64,000 bases of DNA from a virus, in the IMG/VR virus record IMGVR_UViG_3300020048_000026, positions 1 to 64,000 of that record; one strand, given 5' to 3'. The stretch's first letter is position 1, and each line of letters begins with the position of its first letter. Below the pieces are notes generated by a model. It was given only the letters and a program-made list of their open reading frames with translations. It made no database searches and had not been told where the DNA came from. Of this stretch, positions 59,290 through 64,000 are shown one piece after another. The translations under genes were made by a program, and so were the position numbers.

Positions 59290-59701
59290 AAAATTCAGGT
59301 TCGTTATAAATAACTTTTGCTTTTGCATCTTTTTTTACACCATTTTTGAAATAATATCTACTTGGATCATCACCAAATCCATTATCCCAATCAATATCCA
59401 ATTGAAAAACTAAAGTTGGATATTTTTTTGAAAATTCTTTAATATCATCTTCAATTTTATAGCCACTACCTGGCTCATTTGAATTACCATCAGAATTTAG
59501 TAAATATGAACAATCATCACTTGTGTCTAAAAGTTCATCTATGATTGTGTTGCTTGATACAATCATATCAATTTCATCTGAAGGTGAACCACATTTTGAA
59601 CAAAATTGACCATTGATTTGTGTTTTACAATTTGGACAAAATGGTACTTTATTTGTAATTTCACCAATAATTTTTAATTTAAAGTAATTTTCGTAACTCA
59701 T
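59288..59701 (-). CDS. Double zinc-ribbon protein
   Basis: CPNC...FCSKCG; FSKKYP. Confidence 0.65.
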   Translation of the reverse strand: MSYENYFKLKIIGEITNKVPFCPNCKTQINGQFCSKCGSPSDEIDMIVSSNTIIDELLDTSDDCSYLLNSDGNSNEPGSGYKIEDDIKEFSKKYPTLVFQLDIDWDNGFGDDPSRYYFKNGVKKDAKAKVIYNEPEF

Positions 59702-59705
59702 AATT

Positions 59706-60296
59706 TTATTTCAAGTTAAATCCGTTGTTTTTTAATGTGTCTTTTATATCTTCTACTGAAAGGTCACTTGTAAGTCCAACAAAGCCATTTTCATCCAATT
59801 GAATTTCACCAAGGTCAAGTTCTTCTATTTCTGGAAGTTCATCACAGGGATCCTGGTCTGATACATATTTTCCATTTTTCATCCAAACTGTTATTCCAAT
59901 ATTTATACCATCATTCTGATATAATTCTTTTTTCCAAGTTTCATTTGATAAACTGAAATCTTCAACTTCTAATAGATATTTAGAAACTTTTGATTTTGCT
60001 TTATAAATTGATGATGGTATACCATTTCCCTTTTTTACTAAAGTTGCATATTGTAAAATTGCAAGTCCGTAATCAGACATAATTTTATCTTTTTTTAATT
60101 TTAGTAAATTTTGATTTGTATTATTAATACCAATATTAGAATTTACTACTTTTAAAACAACTAATCCTGCATAATTATCATCTTTCAATTTGATAATTTC
60201 AAGTTCCATGTTATCTAACCAGCCATCTTTAACATTTATAATATCACCTTCGGAAAAACCGTTATAATTTGGTGAATAGTTTTTTACGTGTTTCAT
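59706..60296 (-). CDS. Hypothetical protein
   Basis: Start moved to ATG 60296, downstream of the promoter element. Confidence 0.6.
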   Translation of the reverse strand: MKHVKNYSPNYNGFSEGDIINVKDGWLDNMELEIIKLKDDNYAGLVVLKVVNSNIGINNTNQNLLKLKKDKIMSDYGLAILQYATLVKKGNGIPSSIYKAKSKVSKYLLEVEDFSLSNETWKKELYQNDGINIGITVWMKNGKYVSDQDPCDELPEIEELDLGEIQLDENGFVGLTSDLSVEDIKDTLKNNGFNLK

Positions 60297-60317
60297 ATTT
60301 TTTAATTTTTGATACAA

Positions 60318-60325
60318 CAAATGTA
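60318..60325 (-). promoter_or_regulatory. Bacteroidota-type -7 element (TACATTTG)
   Basis: Matches TAnnTTTG. Confidence 0.6.
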
Positions 60326-60350
60326 TAACAATTTTCTGAAACAAAAAAAT

Positions 60351-60611
60351 CTATTTCAAATTTTTTTGTGTAATAGGTTCATTACATTTAGGACATTTTA
60401 TATATCCCATACCCGATTCAGTTACAGACAAATAATCAAATGTATGCTTACACTTTGGACAAATAACAAGATTTCCTATCCTATCAAGAACTTTTTGTTT
60501 TTCATCATCTGTCATTCTCTTCCATTTAGCAATTTCTTTTCCAGTTCGTTTACAACCTTTACAAACTCCATCTACTAAACCACATTTATCTACACAAGGA
60601 CTCTTTATCAT
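60351..60611 (-). CDS. DUF1289-like Cys-rich protein plus zinc ribbon
   Basis: SPCV..C.....CKGCKRT..EI.KW; CPKC twice. Confidence 0.8.
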   Translation of the reverse strand: MIKSPCVDKCGLVDGVCKGCKRTGKEIAKWKRMTDDEKQKVLDRIGNLVICPKCKHTFDYLSVTESGMGYIKCPKCNEPITQKNLK

Positions 60612-61150
60612 AACGATTTATTATTAATTTTTAAATATTTCAAAGGTACACTATCAGTTAACCAAACACCATTTTCACTCAAGTAAAATTTATAACCATC
60701 AGTATTCATTGCAGCTGAGTCAACTTCCAATATAATTGGAGCATTTCTTTTAGAATACCTTTTTCCTACACTATATGCAACTTCAATATCATCAGTTAAA
60801 TGTACATGAAGCCTTCTCATTTTTTCTAAACCCTTACCCCTAATAATCTTTTCATAACTATCAGGACTTGTACCATGATAAAGTACCCTTGGAGGTCTAA
60901 TCGCCTTTAATCCAACATCAACCTTAACCGAATGACCCTGAGATGCGCGAATTTTAGACTTATCCTGATTATAAGCCAATCTTTTCTTATCATTCGTATC
61001 TACAATATGATTCAATTCTTCCTGTGTTATACCAACCTTATTTAAAAGTGATTTAACATCAACATACCCACTAGTATCCATTATTAAATCCTCTGAATTG
61101 TGCCTTAATAGATAAGTTATCTTCTTTCCTATTTGTATATAATCTTTCAT
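60608..61150 (-). CDS. kptA: RNA 2'-phosphotransferase (KptA/Tpt1)
   Basis: LLRH, DKKR, IRASQGHS, LYHGT, RLHVHL, SENGVWL. Confidence 0.95.
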   Translation of the reverse strand: MKDYIQIGKKITYLLRHNSEDLIMDTSGYVDVKSLLNKVGITQEELNHIVDTNDKKRLAYNQDKSKIRASQGHSVKVDVGLKAIRPPRVLYHGTSPDSYEKIIRGKGLEKMRRLHVHLTDDIEVAYSVGKRYSKRNAPIILEVDSAAMNTDGYKFYLSENGVWLTDSVPLKYLKINNKSL

Positions 61151-61353
61151 GATTTTTGTTTATTTCCTATTAATTGATAAGCATCTAAAAGATGTCTTTG
61201 TGCCTTACCAATACTCTTTTTTATCTTTTTGTGCTTTTTCACTACAGGATGCGTAACTAACATATCCTCCATCATATTTGCTATACAATACGCCCTGTCT
61301 AATACTTCATGATAACTAAAAGCATCAAATTTTTTCTTTTTCTTATTTTTCAT
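61147..61353 (-). CDS. Hypothetical protein
   Basis: ORF in operon; YHEVLDR motif. Confidence 0.6.
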   Translation of the reverse strand: MKNKKKKKFDAFSYHEVLDRAYCIANMMEDMLVTHPVVKKHKKIKKSIGKAQRHLLDAYQLIGNKQKS

Positions 61354-61607
61354 ATAAAGTCTATTTGCTTTAATTCAATTATACCATCTTTACCATTATT
61401 CCATTTTACATACCAAAGATCACAATCCCTAAAAGCATTTTTATCTTTTGGTAACCACAAACAAGAAATTTCACCTTGAAAATCTTCTCCAAATTTAGGT
61501 TTAAGTTGAATTTTTTTACCTATTAATCTAGAATCAATTTCAATTAATGAATAATATTCTTCTCCATAGGTTTCTTTGAACCTTTTTATATAATCAGAAT
61601 TTGTCAT
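61350..61607 (-). CDS. Hypothetical protein
   Basis: ORF in operon. Confidence 0.55.
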   Translation of the reverse strand: MTNSDYIKRFKETYGEEYYSLIEIDSRLIGKKIQLKPKFGEDFQGEISCLWLPKDKNAFRDCDLWYVKWNNGKDGIIELKQIDFI

Positions 61608-62032
61608 TATTTTCCTTTTAATTTTTCTAATTTTTTCCTTCTCTGTTCCTTAATCGGATCCTCCATTTTAATTTTTTCAAAATCCGCACTCTCTGAATAA
61701 TATCCATTAGACGAACCATACCAACGAATTGTTACATAACCTTTTACAGTTGCTAATTTATAAAAAGTCCAAGTTGCTGATTCATCATAACCATCATCTG
61801 TTTTTGTTGCATCCTGAGTTGATTCTTCTGCCTGTAAAATACGACTTCCAATTAAATCATCTAAATCACCTTCAATATCTTCAATATACACATTTTCACA
61901 GCAATCTTGTGAATGATACATTTTATATTCTGCACCATTCGCAAGATAAAAATAGACAAATTCATCATTAATTCTTTCAATTTTAATGATGAATTTATTC
62001 AATAAGTCACTAATATTAACATGTTCCCTCAT
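61607..62032 (-). CDS. Conserved phage protein (HSQDCCENV...WYGSSNGYYSE) with RxxKLxxL tail
   Basis: Recognisable phage motif; ends QRRKKLEKLKGK. Confidence 0.7.
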   Translation of the reverse strand: MREHVNISDLLNKFIIKIERINDEFVYFYLANGAEYKMYHSQDCCENVYIEDIEGDLDDLIGSRILQAEESTQDATKTDDGYDESATWTFYKLATVKGYVTIRWYGSSNGYYSESADFEKIKMEDPIKEQRRKKLEKLKGK

Positions 62033-62553
62033 TATTCAAATTTAATTTTTAATCCCATATTCTGCATTGCTAATAATGCTTCTGCATTTCCCTTAGCATC
62101 ATTCACAGGATTATGATCATGAGTTGTTTTTCTTAACTTTTTCCAACTTGACCTTGAATCCATCTTCATACCACAATATAAATCACCTATCCTACGACTT
62201 GACCATCCAAAAGGATTAACTCCTCCATTAAACTCTTGAAAATAAAGATTAATCCAACCTGCATCATATCCATTATTATCCGATATTAAAATAGGCTGAC
62301 CAATTGATACCGATTTAATCCACTCCGCAAATTCTTTCATAACCTTAACTGGTTCATCAAAAGTTTCATGCTCCTCCCTTGAAAATCCACTAATCGCAAG
62401 AGCCTCCGGAACCCAAATACCAGATATCGGTCTTACTTTACCATAAAACGTTTTACTTAAACTAGGCTCCACCACAACCGCTCCAAAACAAACCATTGAG
62501 TGCCTTAAAAAATTCTGTCCATCTGACTCTACATCTACTACTATAAAACTCAT
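62032..62553 (-). CDS. DEDDh 3'-5' exonuclease
   Basis: VDVESDG, N.GYD, HNPVNDA. Confidence 0.85.
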   Translation of the reverse strand: MSFIVVDVESDGQNFLRHSMVCFGAVVVEPSLSKTFYGKVRPISGIWVPEALAISGFSREEHETFDEPVKVMKEFAEWIKSVSIGQPILISDNNGYDAGWINLYFQEFNGGVNPFGWSSRRIGDLYCGMKMDSRSSWKKLRKTTHDHNPVNDAKGNAEALLAMQNMGLKIKFE

Positions 62554-62577
62554 AATTTTTCTTTTATTTTACAAATA

Positions 62578-62585
62578 CAAATATA
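62578..62585 (-). promoter_or_regulatory. Bacteroidota-type -7 element (TATATTTG)
   Basis: Matches TAnnTTTG upstream of the exonuclease operon. Confidence 0.6.
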
Positions 62586-62654
62586 TAACAATTTTTAAAT
62601 AAAAAAAAGGAATAAAAATAATTTTATTCCTTTTTAGCTTTTCATTTGGAATTA

Positions 62655-62837
62655 TTACTTTCCTTTAGTTACTTCAACAGATGCTTGTCTATATGGTGTT
62701 ACCAATTTCTTAATTTCACCTAAAGCCTTACGAACATCAGCTTCCGCTGTTTTGTTGCCTTTTTCAACAAATTTTGCGTGTCTTTCTTGTACAATAGCAA
62801 ATTGCTCTTCAATTTTTGCATAGAGTTCTTCTAACAT
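62655..62837 (-). CDS. Histone H1-like Hc1-domain small protein (Bacteroidetes type)
   Basis: EKGNKTA...VRKA..EI.KL...YR.AS. Confidence 0.75.
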   Translation of the reverse strand: MLEELYAKIEEQFAIVQERHAKFVEKGNKTAEADVRKALGEIKKLVTPYRQASVEVTKGK

Positions 62838-62991
62838 ATTTATTTAATTATTTTTATAATCAATTCAATGATTGATTTTATTGAATACAGATTATATAAC
62901 AATGCTATTATAAAGTTTAATTTTTTTGTTGTTATTTGTTGTTTTTATGATTTAATATTATTAATATATACTAAAAAATGATATTACTATC

Positions 62992-63282
62992 ATGAAAAAT
63001 TATAACGAAGGTAAATTATACGATGAACAAATTAATAGTTTACAAGAAGAACTAGAAGAATTATTAGTGAAAGCTGAAAAAATTCTTGATTATAAATCCG
63101 AAGATATTAACGAAGTAGTTGAAAAATTGCTAATCTTAAATACCGAAGAATCAGATACATTAGCAGCAGATATTATCTCAATAGAAGATGATATGATCGT
63201 TACCGAAGAATATTATTCTGAAATTGAATCCGAAGATCCTTTTACTAACTTGTATGATCAAGATTCAGATTTATCTTTTTGA
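62992..63282 (+). CDS. Acidic hypothetical with short CTS-like leader (MKNYNE)
   Basis: TATATA motif upstream. Confidence 0.55.
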   Translation: MKNYNEGKLYDEQINSLQEELEELLVKAEKILDYKSEDINEVVEKLLILNTEESDTLAADIISIEDDMIVTEEYYSEIESEDPFTNLYDQDSDLSF

Positions 63283-63505
63283 TTTTCTTTGCTCTTAACC
63301 TCTTTTCAAACTCAACATGATTTGATTCTATAACCTTCAATACCCAATGATAAAATAAATTTTCATGAAATTCCATTAAATGTGATTTGCCTTTATAAAA
63401 AGCACATTGAATTAATATATCATTATTAGATAACTTCTTTCCTAAATCAACTAAAATATCAAGAATATCTTCAGCTGAATACTTTTTTATTTCTGTGAGT
63501 GTCAT
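63245..63505 (-). CDS. Hypothetical with RxxK(I/L)xx(I/L) tail
   Basis: Start moved to MTLTEIKK after the tRNA; LRAKKIKKIN. Confidence 0.55.
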   Translation of the reverse strand: MTLTEIKKYSAEDILDILVDLGKKLSNNDILIQCAFYKGKSHLMEFHENLFYHWVLKVIESNHVEFEKRLRAKKIKKINLNLDHTS

Positions 63506-63507
63506 TT

Positions 63508-63598
63508 TGGCGGAGAGTGTAGGATTCGAACCTACGGGACCCTTACGAGTCCTACAGTTTTCAAGACTGTCGCGATAGACCAACTCTGCCAACTCTCC
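63508..63598 (-). tRNA. tRNA-Ser(UGA)
   Basis: GGAGAGT/ACTCTCC-G-CCA acceptor, loop CTTGAAA, long variable arm, TTCGAAT. Confidence 0.95.
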
Positions 63599-63631
63599 AA
63601 TATTTTATATATAAAATTTATTCCTCTATGT

Positions 63632-64000
63632 TTAAATTAATATTAACCTATCTACACCAATCGCAAACCCAATTCCTCCATCATAACTACCACCACCACA
63701 AATTTGTTTCTGCGCACCCAATTTATCACAAGATATTTCAAATCCTTTTCCATCCTTATAGTAATCTAACCCCCTCTTCACATCTGTATTTATATCAAAA
63801 TCTGGTGTTACTAATTCAATTATTTTACTAGATATTTCTATAAGTTCATCTAAATAGTCCTTATTTGGATTCAAAATTTCAACTCCAAATTGTGTAAATT
63901 CCCTATATCTTCCTGCTTGTGGTGATTCACCTCTAAAACATTCTCCAATGTAAAATAATTTTACGTTTTTTTGATATTTTAATTTTTCCTTCGCTATTAA
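63632..64000 (-). CDS. HisRS-like class II synthetase catalytic core, 5' end outside the window, with no anticodon-binding domain
   Basis: Frame is open to the window end: motif 2 FRGESPQAGRYREFTQFGVE, RGLDYY, GGGSYD, motif 3 GFAIGVDRL, then stop. Confidence 0.85.
   Translation of the reverse strand, partial: LIAKEKLKYQKNVKLFYIGECFRGESPQAGRYREFTQFGVEILNPNKDYLDELIEISSKIIELVTPDFDINTDVKRGLDYYKDGKGFEISCDKLGAQKQICGGGSYDGGIGFAIGVDRLILI

Noticed and set aside
63506-63592. N-terminal extension of ORF 63245..63592
   Set aside because: It runs through tRNA-Ser; the ATG at 63505 is the plausible start.
1-64000. Genome-wide TAG reassignment (code 15), suggested by the CUA tRNAs
   Set aside because: Portal, MCP, terminase, baseplate and fibre genes are full length in the standard code, and TAG appears to end several genes (1557, 2645, 56930). 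I found an in-frame TAG only in the Pth2-like gene and the minigene.

Overview
A very AT-rich 64 kb segment of a large T4-like myophage, probably a jumbo phage. The likely host is Bacteroidota, based on TAnnTTTG promoters, an Hc1-like protein, a Bacteroidetes-type tyrosine recombinase and a tmRNA tag starting GE. It carries the head module (gp4-like, gp2-like, portal, a protease-scaffold fusion, major capsid), terminase, baseplate and tail genes, gp55-like late sigma factor, clamp loader, a probable clamp, RNase H, a ten-gene glycosyltransferase/methyltransferase cluster and two Gly-X-Y fibre proteins. Four less usual things stand out. (1) A translation-control island at about 56.9-64 kb holds two tRNAs with a CUA (amber) anticodon, a Pth2-like gene whose third codon is TAG, a second ATG-ACG-TAG minigene behind a strong SD, a minimal RNase P RNA with almost no specificity domain, KptA, tRNA-Ser and a stripped-down HisRS-like catalytic domain. 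A tmRNA with a 28-codon tag lies elsewhere in the window. (2) About 20 unrelated small genes share an N-terminal leader resembling the T4 capsid-targeting sequence, and a similar motif repeats in the scaffold. (3) Two recurrent C-terminal tags occur: KYNL-stop and RxxKLxxL. (4) Two stand-alone fragments of the phage's own capsid protein are present, one matching the T4 Gol region. All calls come from reading motifs by eye; no database search was run.
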